Notes under the pieces: generated by a model | Told to the model about the DNA's origin: nothing | Database searches by the model: none | Seen by the model: only the letters and a program-made list of their open reading frames with translations | DNA from: an uncultured Clostridia bacterium | GTDB taxonomy: Bacteria > Bacillota > Clostridia > Christensenellales > UBA1242 | DNA: 64,000 nt | Assembly: GCA_944381155.1 (NCBI GenBank) | Contig: CALWKA010000001.1 | Coordinates: 2,529-66,528, forward strand | Direction: 5' to 3' | Program-made: the position numbers and the translations under genes | Part shown: positions 1 through 9,701 of the stretch, one piece after another | How positions within the stretch are numbered: position 1 is the first letter of the stretch | Layout: each line of letters opens with the position of its first letter

Positions 1-717
1 TCCAAAAAATAGTCCCGTTTTCATTGCCAAAGTTAATGGCCAAGTTGAAAATGAAATGATTCCATTCCCGGCAAGCTTTAACAATTTTTTGACAGTATAT
101 TTTGTTTCACCTGCCTGACGCTCTTTTCTTTCAAATTCCACTTCCGCCTGTTTGAAGCCAATCCAAGAAGTCAATCCTCTCAAATAGCGATCATGCTCGG
201 GCATTGAATTTATGACATCCACCACCTTTCTGTCAAGCAGTTTAAATTCGCCGACATTTTGTGGAATTTTCAACCCGCTAATAGTTTGCAAAAATTTTAA
301 ATACATTGTAGAAGTTATCTTTTTGAAAAAAGTTTCTCCTTTTCGTTTACTGCGTTTGCCGTGCACGACTTCGTATCCCTCTTTCCATTTTTCGATCATC
401 AAAGGAATAACCTCCACAGGATCTTGCAGATCTACATCCATAATGACGACAGCATCGCCAGAGGAATGTTCAAGCCCGCAAAAAATCGCAGCTTGTTGTC
501 CAAAGTTCCTTGCAAAGCTTATGTACTTAATATGCTCATCTTTATTCGCATAATTTTTTAATATGTTTAAAGTATTGTCCCGGCTTCCGTCGTTTACGAA
601 GATCACTTCATATTCTTCATTCAAATTTTTCATTATTGGAGTGACAGCCTCCACAAACAAAGGAATTGATTCTTGTTCATTAAACACCGGCACAACGATT
701 GAATATTTTGCTTTCAT
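1..717 (-). CDS. Family 2 glycosyltransferase (polyprenyl-phosphate sugar transferase-like); C-terminus runs off the window start
   Basis: Not in the ORF track because it has no stop in the window. Manual reverse translation from ATG (717-715), with AGGAG at 727-723, gives MKAKYSIVVPVFNEQESIP...FVNDGSRDNT...GDAVVIMDVDLQDP. This is typical of the GT2 fold. Confidence 0.8.
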   Translation of the reverse strand, partial: MKAKYSIVVPVFNEQESIPLFVEAVTPIMKNLNEEYEVIFVNDGSRDNTLNILKNYANKDEHIKYISFARNFGQQAAIFCGLEHSSGDAVVIMDVDLQDPVEVIPLMIEKWKEGYEVVHGKRSKRKGETFFKKITSTMYLKFLQTISGLKIPQNVGEFKLLDRKVVDVINSMPEHDRYLRGLTSWIGFKQAEVEFERKERQAGETKYTVKKLLKLAGNGIISFSTWPLTLAMKTGLFFG

Positions 718-979
718 TTATTCTCCTAAAATCTGCTTAAATTATAATAGATTAACAATATAAATGTCAACTATTTTATATCTGTTCATTTGATATTGTT
801 GTATAATCTAAAAAAAGGATCTGAAAAATAAAAAAAATAATAAATTTTACTTTTTTAGCCAAAAAATATAGTTTTTTATGTCGAAAAATGCTATTTTTTA
901 TAATATTTTTAATATTTTCGTGATTTTTATTTGCAAAAAAAACAAAAAAGTTATAAAATAATTTTAGGAGTAATTATAT

Positions 980-1741
980 ATGGGGAAAATCATTTCTGTT
1001 ACCAATCAGAAAGGTGGAGTTGGGAAAACCACAACTTGTGTCAATCTTGCGTCTTATGTTGCAGACGCAGGGAAAAAAGTTTTATTAATAGATATAGATC
1101 CGCAGGGCAATGCCTGCGCCAGCCTTGGAGTCGAAGTTGAAAAAGGCAAAAATTCAATATATGAAGTTTTGCTGGGTGAAATTCAAACAAAAGATGCAAT
1201 TTACAAGTCTGTAGTAAAAAATTTGGATGTTTTGCCGTCAACAGTAGATTTAGCAGGCGCTGAAGTTGATTTAGTTTATGTAGACAATAGAGAAAATGTA
1301 CTCAAAGAAGCCTTAAAGGATATAAAAAACACATACGATTTTATATTTATAGATTGTCCACCATCATTAGGACTGCTTACCGTCAACGCTTTAACTGCTA
1401 CTGATACAATTATTATTCCTATCCAATGCGAATATTTCCCATTGGTAGGGCTAGGTCAATTGATGAACACTGTCAGATTGATAAAAAAACACCTAAATCC
1501 AAATATAGAAATTGAAGGTGTACTATTGACTATGAAAGACAATCGAAGCAATTTAGTTGCACAAGTAGCGGATGAAATTAAAAAGTATTTTGAAACAAAA
1601 GTCTATGATACTTATATACCTAGAAATATAAGGCTTGCAGAAAGTCCAAGTCACGCCAAACCAATATTGTTGTATGACAACAAAAGCAAAGGAGCCGTTG
1701 CTTACAAAGCTTTATGTGAAGAATTTTTAAGAAAACAATAA
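980..1741 (+). CDS. parA: Chromosome partitioning ATPase ParA/Soj
   Basis: 253 aa ORF with the deviant Walker A KGGVGKTT at the N-terminus. AGGAG RBS upstream. A parS site lies directly downstream. Confidence 0.95.
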   Translation: MGKIISVTNQKGGVGKTTTCVNLASYVADAGKKVLLIDIDPQGNACASLGVEVEKGKNSIYEVLLGEIQTKDAIYKSVVKNLDVLPSTVDLAGAEVDLVYVDNRENVLKEALKDIKNTYDFIFIDCPPSLGLLTVNALTATDTIIIPIQCEYFPLVGLGQLMNTVRLIKKHLNPNIEIEGVLLTMKDNRSNLVAQVADEIKKYFETKVYDTYIPRNIRLAESPSHAKPILLYDNKSKGAVAYKALCEEFLRKQ

Positions 1742-1769
1742 TAATTATTTATTTGAAATTGAGAGAAAA

Positions 1770-1785
1770 TGTTCCACGTGGAACA
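1770..1785. promoter_or_regulatory. parS site 1 (TGTTCCACGTGGAACA); probably also the parA terminator hairpin
   Basis: Perfect 16-bp palindrome matching the Firmicute parS consensus TGTTCCACGTGAAACA at 15/16 positions. It is followed by a T-run (1787-1797). Confidence 0.85.
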
Positions 1786-2246
1786 TTTTCTTTTTTTATG
1801 ATACAATTATGTCTATTATTCAAATTCAATTATGTTTGATTATAATACAATAATAATCTTAAAAACTGATATCTCAAAAAACAAATGAATTGGATATTTA
1901 AATTGATATACTTTTTGACTATTGATTGTTTTACATTTTAACACTATTATATAGTGTATAAATTAATTAATAATTGAAAACAGATTTATATGTATAAGTC
2001 AGTTTATCAATTGAAATATGATTGTATATCAATCTAAATTGAATCATTTGCAATTCAAATTGCTAAATATTCATTTATAGATTAATTAAATATAATTATA
2101 TAGTGTTCTATTGTCAAAATGTATTTTATATGAATTTATATTTGTAATAAATTGCAAGACTTAAAAATTTTTAAAATTTTCAGTTTTTAATATAAATTAC
2201 CAGTTTTTTCATATTATTTGTATAATTTTTTAATTTTTATTATAAA

Positions 2247-2262
2247 TGTTCCACGTGGAACA
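2247..2262. promoter_or_regulatory. parS site 2
   Basis: 16-bp palindrome identical to site 1. Confidence 0.85.
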
Positions 2263-2485
2263 ATAAAACGTTTATATCTGAAAATTTTATATACTTTAAA
2301 ATAAATATATTTATTCATAATAATATATTTTGAAATATATAATCTACTGATATAAATTGATTCATATATATTACTGCTCATTCCATAATATCAAAAATCA
2401 AATAAATTAAACATATAATTAAATCGAAAAAAAATATCAAAAATAATTGACACGCATAGAACAATTTATTATAATTATAATATAA

Positions 2486-2501
2486 TGTTCCACGTGGAAC
2501 A
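2486..2501. promoter_or_regulatory. parS site 3, overlapping the parB promoter/RBS region
   Basis: Identical 16-bp palindrome. It ends 12 nt before the parB ATG and abuts TATAAT-like hexamers at 2476-2486. Confidence 0.85.
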
Positions 2502-2513
2502 ATGGAGGATATT

Positions 2514-3398
2514 ATGAAAACAGGATTAGGTAGAGGATTAGATAGTTTGCTGAAAGTTTACGATGAAGAAACTGAAACAAAAAAGGTGGAAGAGCCAATT
2601 AATAGCTACACTATGAGGCACGGAGATGTAGAAAAAATTGATATAAATAAAATTTATACGAATCCGAATCAACCACGAAAAAATTTTGATAAAGAAAGTT
2701 TAACCGAATTAGCTGAAAGTATACGCATTCACGGATTGATTCAGCCAATAGTTGTGAATGAGATGCCAGACGGATATATGATAATTGCAGGTGAGAGAAG
2801 ATTTCGAGCTTGCAAATTGTGTGGACTAAAAGAAATTGATGCTGTAGTTAAAAATTATTCAAATAAACAAATAGCAGAAATAGCTATAATTGAAAATCTA
2901 CAAAGAGAAGATCTAAATCCTGTAGAAGTTGCCAAAGGAATTAAAAAATTGATGGACGAATATGGCTTAACACAGGAAAAAGTGGCCGAACGATTAGGAA
3001 AATCTAGATCAGCCATTGCAAATAGTTTACGAATATTGACTCTTTATCCTGAAGTCATAGAATTAATTGAAAAAGGGAAAATTTCATTTGGCCACGCTAA
3101 AATTTTAGCTGCCATAACAGACTATGCCACACAATTAATATTGGCAAAAAAGATAGCCAAAGACAAATTGACCGTAAGAGATCTTGAAAAAGAAGTAGAC
3201 TCTATTCTTGGCAATAAAAAGAAGAAAAAGATAGCAAAATTGCCAAGTGAAGAACTTCAAGATTTTATCTCAGAAATGCAAAGAAAATTAGGCACAAAAG
3301 TGACAGTAATAGGAAATGACAAAAAGGGCAGAATATACATAGACTATTATTCTCAAGACGATCTAGATAGAATATATGATGTCGTGTTACGAAAATAA
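2514..3398 (+). CDS. parB: Chromosome partitioning protein ParB/Spo0J
   Basis: The ORF track starts at 2502. The preferred start is ATG 2514 (MKTGLGRGLDSLL), after GGAGGA. ParB box IIAGERRFRA is present. Confidence 0.95.
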   Translation: MKTGLGRGLDSLLKVYDEETETKKVEEPINSYTMRHGDVEKIDINKIYTNPNQPRKNFDKESLTELAESIRIHGLIQPIVVNEMPDGYMIIAGERRFRACKLCGLKEIDAVVKNYSNKQIAEIAIIENLQREDLNPVEVAKGIKKLMDEYGLTQEKVAERLGKSRSAIANSLRILTLYPEVIELIEKGKISFGHAKILAAITDYATQLILAKKIAKDKLTVRDLEKEVDSILGNKKKKKIAKLPSEELQDFISEMQRKLGTKVTVIGNDKKGRIYIDYYSQDDLDRIYDVVLRK

Positions 3399-3861
3399 TT
3401 AACAGCACCACAAATTTATTGGCGCTGTTTTGCGTCTATCAAAATATATTTTTGCGCTTTGAAACAGGTAAAAACGGACGCATAAATCATAATTATGGCG
3501 CATAAGCAAAATATATTAGCTGATTAAATTGAACAATTTTCTTTTAATCAAATAAAAAATAATTACACAAAATCATACTTTTTTATGTTAATATTTGTTT
3601 ATCTAATTTTAACAGATTAATTTTTAACAGATTAATCTGAAGATTAATAAAAATCATTTTTTTGATTAAGCTTTTCACTTATCTTGTCAGTTTCAAGATA
3701 TACAACTCTTAATTTATTGTTTAAACGGATAAATAGCAACTTGATTTTGTATGTGTTTTTTTGTTAGTTTAGAAGAGTTTGATCTATTACGCTACATTTT
3801 GATCAATAATTATAATTTTCGTCTCTATCCATTGCTTCGCAACTATTTTTAAAAAAAATAC

Positions 3862-3890
3862 TTGCAAATATAATTTTTTTATGTTAAAAT
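3862..3890 (+). promoter_or_regulatory. Sigma-A-type promoter upstream of tRNA-Arg (TTGCAA-17-TGtTAAAAT)
   Basis: -35 TTGCAA at 3862-3867, a 17-nt spacer, and an extended -10 TGTTAAAAT ending at 3890. Confidence 0.5.
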
Positions 3891-3966
3891 ATATGCGCAA
3901 TCAAAATACGATGAATATTGCAATAGGTGTGAAGTTTTTAATTTGATTTACAAATAGCCACATTAT

Positions 3967-4043
3967 GCGTTCATAGCTCAGCTGGATAGAGCGTTGGTCT
4001 ACGGAACCAAAGGTCGGGGGTTCGAATCCCTCTGGACGCACCA
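3967..4043 (+). tRNA. tRNA-Arg (anticodon ACG)
   Basis: Hand-folded cloverleaf. Acceptor GCGTTCA/TGGACGC, anticodon loop CTACGGA, T-arm GGTTCGAATCC, encoded CCA. Confidence 0.9.
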
Positions 4044-4081
4044 AAATAAGAGCAGAAAATTTCTTCCCGCTCTTATTTTTT
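4043..4081 (+). terminator. Rho-independent terminator after tRNA-Arg
   Basis: Stem AAAATAAGAGC / GCTCTTATTTT followed by a T-run. Confidence 0.8.
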
Positions 4082-4393
4082 ATCTTTAATTTTTAGATAT
4101 TTCTAGAAATTTTTTAATAAATAAACTAATATTTACCCTTTGTGTCAAGCAAATAAAGTGTGTCATATTTTACATAATTAAAAAGTGAATTTTAATAATT
4201 TTTTTTTGACTGTGTAAAATTTATTTGTTTAATCGCACTATCATTTAATTCAATTTGTATATTGTAAAATATTGATTAAATTAATCTATCTGCGAAGTCA
4301 TCGTTTAGGTTAATTTGTTTAAGGTATATTTTTGATTATATTGATTTGTTTACGGTGGGTTATTGATTAAATTTTTTTTCGATGTGACTAATA

Positions 4394-5473
4394 TTAATTT
4401 TTTATCTGTTCCCAAGGAAAATCTCTGCCAAAATGCCCATAGCACGCAGTTTTCTTATAAATTGGTTTTAACAAATCTAATTCGGATATAATATTTTTCA
4501 ATCTAAAATCAAAGTTATTTTGAACATAATTTTTAATCTCTTTCATATCAATTTTGTTCGTTCCAAAACATTCAATATTGATTGAAATAGGTTTATCCAT
4601 CCCAATAGCAAAACTTAATTGTATCTCGCATTCATCCGCCAGATTGTGCGCCACCACATTTTTTGCTACATATCTAGCAAAATACGCTCCCGATCTATCC
4701 ACTTTGGTAGCATTTTTTGAACTGAAGCAACCTCCGCCAACGCGCCCTACTCCGCCATAACTATCCACTATAATTTTTCTTCCCACACAACCGCTATCGC
4801 TAAACGATCCCCATATCGTAAACTTCCCGCTAGGGTTGATGATAAATTGCGTATTTTCGTGATATAGGCTCGCATATTCTTTCAAGACAGGATATATGAC
4901 ATTATTCAAAATTTCGTGGCAAATCTTTTCGTTTGATAAACTATCAGCGTGGGAAGCACTCAATAAAATAGTTTTAATAAATTTGGGTTTTTTGTCATCA
5001 TACTCGATGCTAACCTGACTTTTAGCATCGGCAAAAAAGGTTTTTGTTTGTTTCCTAAATTGCTCATATTTCATCATCAATTTATGCGCAATCATAATTG
5101 GCAAAGGCATATATTCTTCCGTTTCGTTGGTAGCGTATCCAAAAACAATCCCTTGATCATTGGCGCAAACTTCATCTTTTTCTACCGCCTGATTGATGTC
5201 TGGACTCTGCTCGCTAATTTCTTTGATTATTTTAAATTCGCAATCATAACCGATTTCCTTAAGGCAATTTTTTGCGATTTTATCATAATCAATTTTCGCC
5301 TTCGTGCTAGCTTCACCATAAATAAATAATTTGTCATTTTTGATTGCGCATTCCACTGCCATTTGACTCTTTGGATCCAGCCTTAACGCCTCATCTAAAA
5401 ACGCGTCTGCAATAGTGTCGCAAGTTTTGTCTGGATGTCCTACATTTACGGACTCACTGCTAATTAATTTCAT
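4394..5473 (-). CDS. metK: S-adenosylmethionine synthetase
   Basis: 359 aa with GHPDK near the N-terminus and a GGGCFSSKNATKVDRSGAY loop. An S-box riboswitch sits in the leader. Confidence 0.9.
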   Translation of the reverse strand: MKLISSESVNVGHPDKTCDTIADAFLDEALRLDPKSQMAVECAIKNDKLFIYGEASTKAKIDYDKIAKNCLKEIGYDCEFKIIKEISEQSPDINQAVEKDEVCANDQGIVFGYATNETEEYMPLPIMIAHKLMMKYEQFRKQTKTFFADAKSQVSIEYDDKKPKFIKTILLSASHADSLSNEKICHEILNNVIYPVLKEYASLYHENTQFIINPSGKFTIWGSFSDSGCVGRKIIVDSYGGVGRVGGGCFSSKNATKVDRSGAYFARYVAKNVVAHNLADECEIQLSFAIGMDKPISINIECFGTNKIDMKEIKNYVQNNFDFRLKNIISELDLLKPIYKKTACYGHFGRDFPWEQIKN

Positions 5474-5504
5474 TTTTCCCTCCTATAATCCAAAAAAGTG
5501 GCTA

Positions 5505-5540
5505 AACAAAAAACTCATCGAATCCAATGAATTCGAAGTG
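5505..5540 (-). terminator. Candidate attenuator terminator in the metK leader
   Basis: The minus strand reads CACTTCGAAT-TCATTGG-ATTCGATGAG followed by TTTTTT, about 35 nt upstream of the metK RBS. Confidence 0.5.
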
Positions 5541-5640
5541 CACGCAAATATGCTTTAAACTTATCAAACACAACCTATCCAATCCCCGCTAATTGATATT
5601 ATATTGTATGATAGTTTTTTATTATTTGACTGCACATCCG

Positions 5641-5762
5641 AACTCATCCAAGCCGATGAGTTTAGATATCTATTAAACACCATCGGTCAGCCTTTAGCAC
5701 CTTGCATAAGCAGGTTGCTGTGTGGTCAACGGGGCTGTCCCTCGCACACTCTTTATGGATAA
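5641..5762 (-). promoter_or_regulatory. SAM-I (S-box) riboswitch
   Basis: The minus strand reads ...AAAGAGTGTGCGAGGGACAGCCCCGTTGACCACACAGCAACCTGCTTATGCAAGGTGCTAAAGGCTGA.... The conserved S-box core elements GAGGGA, GCCC, AGCAACC and GGTGCTAA are present, and the element lies upstream of metK. Confidence 0.8.
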
Positions 5763-5988
5763 TAATATTATATCATATTTATTGTGAATATGCTACATTT
5801 TTTTTAAACTTTTATAAAAAATAGTATTAAATTTCGATTTTTTTGAATTTTTTTTGAATTTTTTATGAATTTTTGCTTTTAAAAAATACAATTTCGTTTG
5901 TTTTGAGCGAATTTGAATTTTTTTTCATAATTATTTTACTTTTCACAAGTTTTGTGTTATAACTTTTTATATATTAATAGGAGATATT

Positions 5989-7623
5989 ATGGACACAAAC
6001 ATTATTCCATCGAATTTTATAGAACAGGCAGTTGTTGAAGATATCAAAGAAAAAGGATTAAAAAAAATCGTTACGCGTTTCCCACCTGAACCTAACGGAT
6101 TCGCACACATTGGTCACGCCAAAGCCATCTGCATAGACTTTTTGACCGCAGAAAAATTTAAGGGTTATACCAATCTTCGTATGGATGACACCAATCCCAA
6201 CAAAGAAAACGAACTCTATGTTAAAGCATTGAAGGAAGACATCAAATGGCTTGGATTCAAATGGAAAAATTTGACTTACGCTTCAGATTATTACGAATTT
6301 TTATACAATTGTGCTATTGACCTAATTGAGCAGGGAAAAGCGTTTATATGTGATCTATCTGCAGATGAAGTGAGCACAATGCGCGGAACGCTCACTGAAC
6401 CCGGAAAAGAGAGTCCGTATAGAAATCGTTCGATTGAAGAAAATTTAAAATTGTTCAAAGAGATGCGAGCGGGCAAATATGCTGACGGGCAAAAAACACT
6501 TCGCGCAAAAATTGATATGTCGCATCCTAACATAAATATGCGCGATCCTGTCATATACCGCATACTTCATACTAAACATTTTAGGCAGGGCGATAAGTGG
6601 TGCATATATCCAATGTATGATTTTGCGCATCCGTTAAGTGATGCTTATGAGCAAATCACTCACTCTTTATGCAGTCTAGAATTTGAAGATCATCGTCCGC
6701 TTTACAATTGGTTTATTGATAATTGCAGAATTTTGCCTGGCGTAAAACCAAGGCAGATTGAATTTGCGCGTCTAAACATTGACGGCACGGTTATGAGCAA
6801 GCGCTATATGCTTGAATTGGTAAACAAAGGTTATGTGGACGGATTTGACGATCCTAGATTGCCAACCTTGTCTGGATTTAGAAGGAAGGGATACACTCCG
6901 TCTTCAATTCGTGAATTTTGCACACGCATTGGCGTAGCAAAATCAAATAGTGTCGTTCAGCCACACATTTTGGAAGCCTGCATCCGTGAAGAACTGAACA
7001 AAACGGCGATGCGCGTTGTTGCCGTGCTCGATCCAATCAAAGTCAACATCACAAACTATCCAGCCAATAAAACTGAAAAAATTATGATATCAAACAACCC
7101 CACAATTGAAAACAGCAAAAAACATCCGCTTTTGTTTAGCAATGAGTTATATATAGAGCGTGAAGATTTTATGATTGAGCCAACTAGCAAATTCTTTCGT
7201 CTGACACCTAATGGATATGTTCGTTTGATGGGCGCATATATAATAAAATGTGACGAAATCGTAAAAGATAGTGCAGGTAACATTGACCACTTGAATTGTT
7301 CAATTGTATACGATGCGAAAGAACAAAATATAAAGCCTAAAGGCACGATCCATTGGCTAAATAGAAAAGATGCAGTTAAAATCACCACTGTAAAATTCCA
7401 TAATCTATTAAAAGAGGGCGAAGTGTATGAAAGTGGCAAAGTGGATAAGATAATCAACCCTAATTCAAAAGAAGAATTTACTTCATACATTGAACCATTT
7501 GCGTTGAAACAAAAGAGCAATTTTCAATTCGTCCGCAACGGATATTATATTGAAGATTCGCGTATGAGCAAGAAAGACAATAGAATTTATTTGGAAACTG
7601 TTGGACTAAAAGATAGCAAATAA
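5989..7623 (+). CDS. glnS: Glutaminyl-tRNA synthetase
   Basis: 544 aa class I aaRS with a HIGH-type motif (FAHIGHAK) and a KMSKS-type motif (VMSKR). GGAG RBS upstream. Confidence 0.9.
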   Translation: MDTNIIPSNFIEQAVVEDIKEKGLKKIVTRFPPEPNGFAHIGHAKAICIDFLTAEKFKGYTNLRMDDTNPNKENELYVKALKEDIKWLGFKWKNLTYASDYYEFLYNCAIDLIEQGKAFICDLSADEVSTMRGTLTEPGKESPYRNRSIEENLKLFKEMRAGKYADGQKTLRAKIDMSHPNINMRDPVIYRILHTKHFRQGDKWCIYPMYDFAHPLSDAYEQITHSLCSLEFEDHRPLYNWFIDNCRILPGVKPRQIEFARLNIDGTVMSKRYMLELVNKGYVDGFDDPRLPTLSGFRRKGYTPSSIREFCTRIGVAKSNSVVQPHILEACIREELNKTAMRVVAVLDPIKVNITNYPANKTEKIMISNNPTIENSKKHPLLFSNELYIEREDFMIEPTSKFFRLTPNGYVRLMGAYIIKCDEIVKDSAGNIDHLNCSIVYDAKEQNIKPKGTIHWLNRKDAVKITTVKFHNLLKEGEVYESGKVDKIINPNSKEEFTSYIEPFALKQKSNFQFVRNGYYIEDSRMSKKDNRIYLETVGLKDSK

Positions 7624-8119
7624 TGACGCTATCTTTTTTTATAATTAAAAAGAACCACCAATTGAATGGCGGTCTTTTAGTTTACCGATTTGCAAATTCA
7701 ACTTTTTATGCTAAATTAAGTTTATCAAACAAAATTTAAAACACAAAACAGTTGAAAATGAAAAAGGAAAACATAGATAGTTTAGCATATACGACATAAA
7801 ATTGCAAATATCCTATTCGCATATTCTTAATTGAATTAGAATATTAAAATAATTTTTTTATAAATAATATGTTTTATAAATAATTTTTTATTATCATTGA
7901 GATTGATATAAACAAATAATTATAACAATATTTTACAATATATTTTGTTTTAATAAATATTTATATTAATAATTGTTACACTTGATAGTTTTTTATTTCT
8001 AATTTTCAAAAAATATTTTTAATCTTTTAAAAAATAAAAAATATTTGCCTAAATTTTCTAATAAAAATAAAGTGTTAAAAATATTTTATTTTATATTTGT
8101 TTATTTTTTTAATTCATTG

Positions 8120-8128
8120 TGATATAAT
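8120..8128 (+). promoter_or_regulatory. Extended -10 (TGATATAAT) placed 6 nt before the lepB ATG; predicts a leaderless transcript
   Basis: TATAAT at 8123-8128 and ATG at 8135. There is no purine-rich SD between them. Confidence 0.5.
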
Positions 8129-8134
8129 TATTTT

Positions 8135-8791
8135 ATGTCTTCTAGATCAAAGCGCATAATTTTAAATATTACAAGTTCAATTCTGACAATATTGATAATG
8201 TTTGTCAGTTTTTTTGCGCTCGTGAATATAATATTCAATATCGTATTCATTCGTACGAATGTGAAAGGATTTTCAATGCTCCCAACGCTCAACCAAAATG
8301 TCCCTAGTGAAGACATAGATGGCGACATCGTATATATAAACAGATTTTCAGATTTTTCAGATTCGGACATTGTGGTGGCAGATGTAGATTGGTGGACTTC
8401 TGGATATATCATCAAAAGATTGGTGGGCTCACCAAATGATATTATACAAATTAAGGATGAAGGTGATCAATATTCGCTATATGTCAATGAAAAAATTTTA
8501 TATACGAAAGAAAAAAATTCGGACACAAATTATTATTATAATTCAATATATCTAACCTTTTTTGAAAAATATCCACAAAACACCACCACTAACGAAGCGG
8601 GCGAAAAATGCATAAAACTTAATGAAAATGAATATCTACTCATAGGCGACAATTGGGGGCATTCTACCGATTGTCTGACGGGTGGCCCCGCGCATAAAAA
8701 TGATATTATTGGGCGCGTAGATATAATCGTTCCATATGGAGAAAATCAATTCCGCACGCTTGTTAGCAAAATGTGGAATCTGATATTTTAA
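8135..8791 (+). CDS. lepB: Signal peptidase I
   Basis: N-terminal TM segment plus S26 motifs GFSMLPTL (catalytic Ser) and GDNWGHSTD. Confidence 0.85.
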   Translation: MSSRSKRIILNITSSILTILIMFVSFFALVNIIFNIVFIRTNVKGFSMLPTLNQNVPSEDIDGDIVYINRFSDFSDSDIVVADVDWWTSGYIIKRLVGSPNDIIQIKDEGDQYSLYVNEKILYTKEKNSDTNYYYNSIYLTFFEKYPQNTTTNEAGEKCIKLNENEYLLIGDNWGHSTDCLTGGPAHKNDIIGRVDIIVPYGENQFRTLVSKMWNLIF

Positions 8792-8800
8792 GGAAAATAT

Positions 8801-9538
8801 ATGAATTTAATCAATCAGAATTGGAGCACGGTGGACGCAAAAGAATTCGCATTTTATCTAGAATCTCTTGCTGAAACGGATGAGAAAAAAATCAATTGGA
8901 CGAAACGGATATATAATACCAATCTACCCGTTTTAGCCATCAAAATACCAATGTTGAAAAAAATTGCAAATGAAATTAATAAAGGTAATCCGCTGTCTTT
9001 TTTGACGCTAAATTTGTATTCAAATTTTGAAAGTTGTCTAATTTGCGGATGTGTGATAGCAAAGATTCGCGATTTTGACAAAATGAAAAAATATCTAGAT
9101 TCCTACTCAAAAATCGTAGATAGTTGGGCACTCTGCGACTTTCTGTCTTTCAATATGAATGATAAAAATTTAGACAAGTTTTTTTGCCTATCGCTTGAAT
9201 ACATAAAATCAAAATATCCATTTCAAAGACGAATCGGCATTTTGATTTGGTTCAAATTTATTGAACGAGAAAATTATCTCAAAATTTTGATAAACAACCT
9301 TCAAATTTTCAAAAATGAAACTCACTATTATGTGAATATGGCACTTGCTTGGTTTATTGCTGAATTGTTTGCAAAAAATAAAAAAATTGTATTATCAATA
9401 TTTGAAAAAAATATATTGAATCCATTTGTAATCAACAAATCAATTCAGAAAATAAAAGATAGTTTCAAACTGTCTTCGGAAGATAAAAAATTGGTGGAAA
9501 ATTTTAAAACTAAAAACAAAAATAAAACAAAAAAATAA
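8801..9538 (+). CDS. DNA alkylation repair protein (AlkD-like HEAT-like repeat family)
   Basis: 245 aa. The segments VDSWALCD, FQRRIGILIWFKF and YYVNMALAWFIAELFAKN line up with my memory of Bacillus AlkD. Confidence 0.6.
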   Translation: MNLINQNWSTVDAKEFAFYLESLAETDEKKINWTKRIYNTNLPVLAIKIPMLKKIANEINKGNPLSFLTLNLYSNFESCLICGCVIAKIRDFDKMKKYLDSYSKIVDSWALCDFLSFNMNDKNLDKFFCLSLEYIKSKYPFQRRIGILIWFKFIERENYLKILINNLQIFKNETHYYVNMALAWFIAELFAKNKKIVLSIFEKNILNPFVINKSIQKIKDSFKLSSEDKKLVENFKTKNKNKTKK

Positions 9539-9701
9539 AAAAATATGAAAAAATACTATAAAATATAGAAAAAACACTATAAAATATGAAAATTTTATAT
9601 TTTTTATTTTTTTATTAATTTTTATAATAAATTATCACAATTAAAAATTTTACACATAAAATGATATTTTTTACAAAAACTAGTTGAAAAGGAGAGCGTT
9701 T

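Noticed and set aside
212-763. Three plus-strand track ORFs (212-553, 361-561, 563-763)
   Set aside because: They are antisense shadows of the minus-strand GT2 glycosyltransferase gene (1-717). That gene has a clear family signature and an RBS, while the plus-strand ORFs have neither.
1770-2501. Three copies of the ATGTTCCACGTGGAACA palindrome considered as IS/MITE terminal inverted repeats
   Set aside because: The sequence matches the parS consensus at 15/16 positions. The copies sit between parA and parB, and no transposase or target-site duplication accompanies them.
5835-9600. Short tandem repeats (5835-5925 and 9541-9600) considered as CRISPR-like arrays
   Set aside because: The units are only about 11-22 bp, A/T-only and contiguous without unique spacers. 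No cas genes are present.
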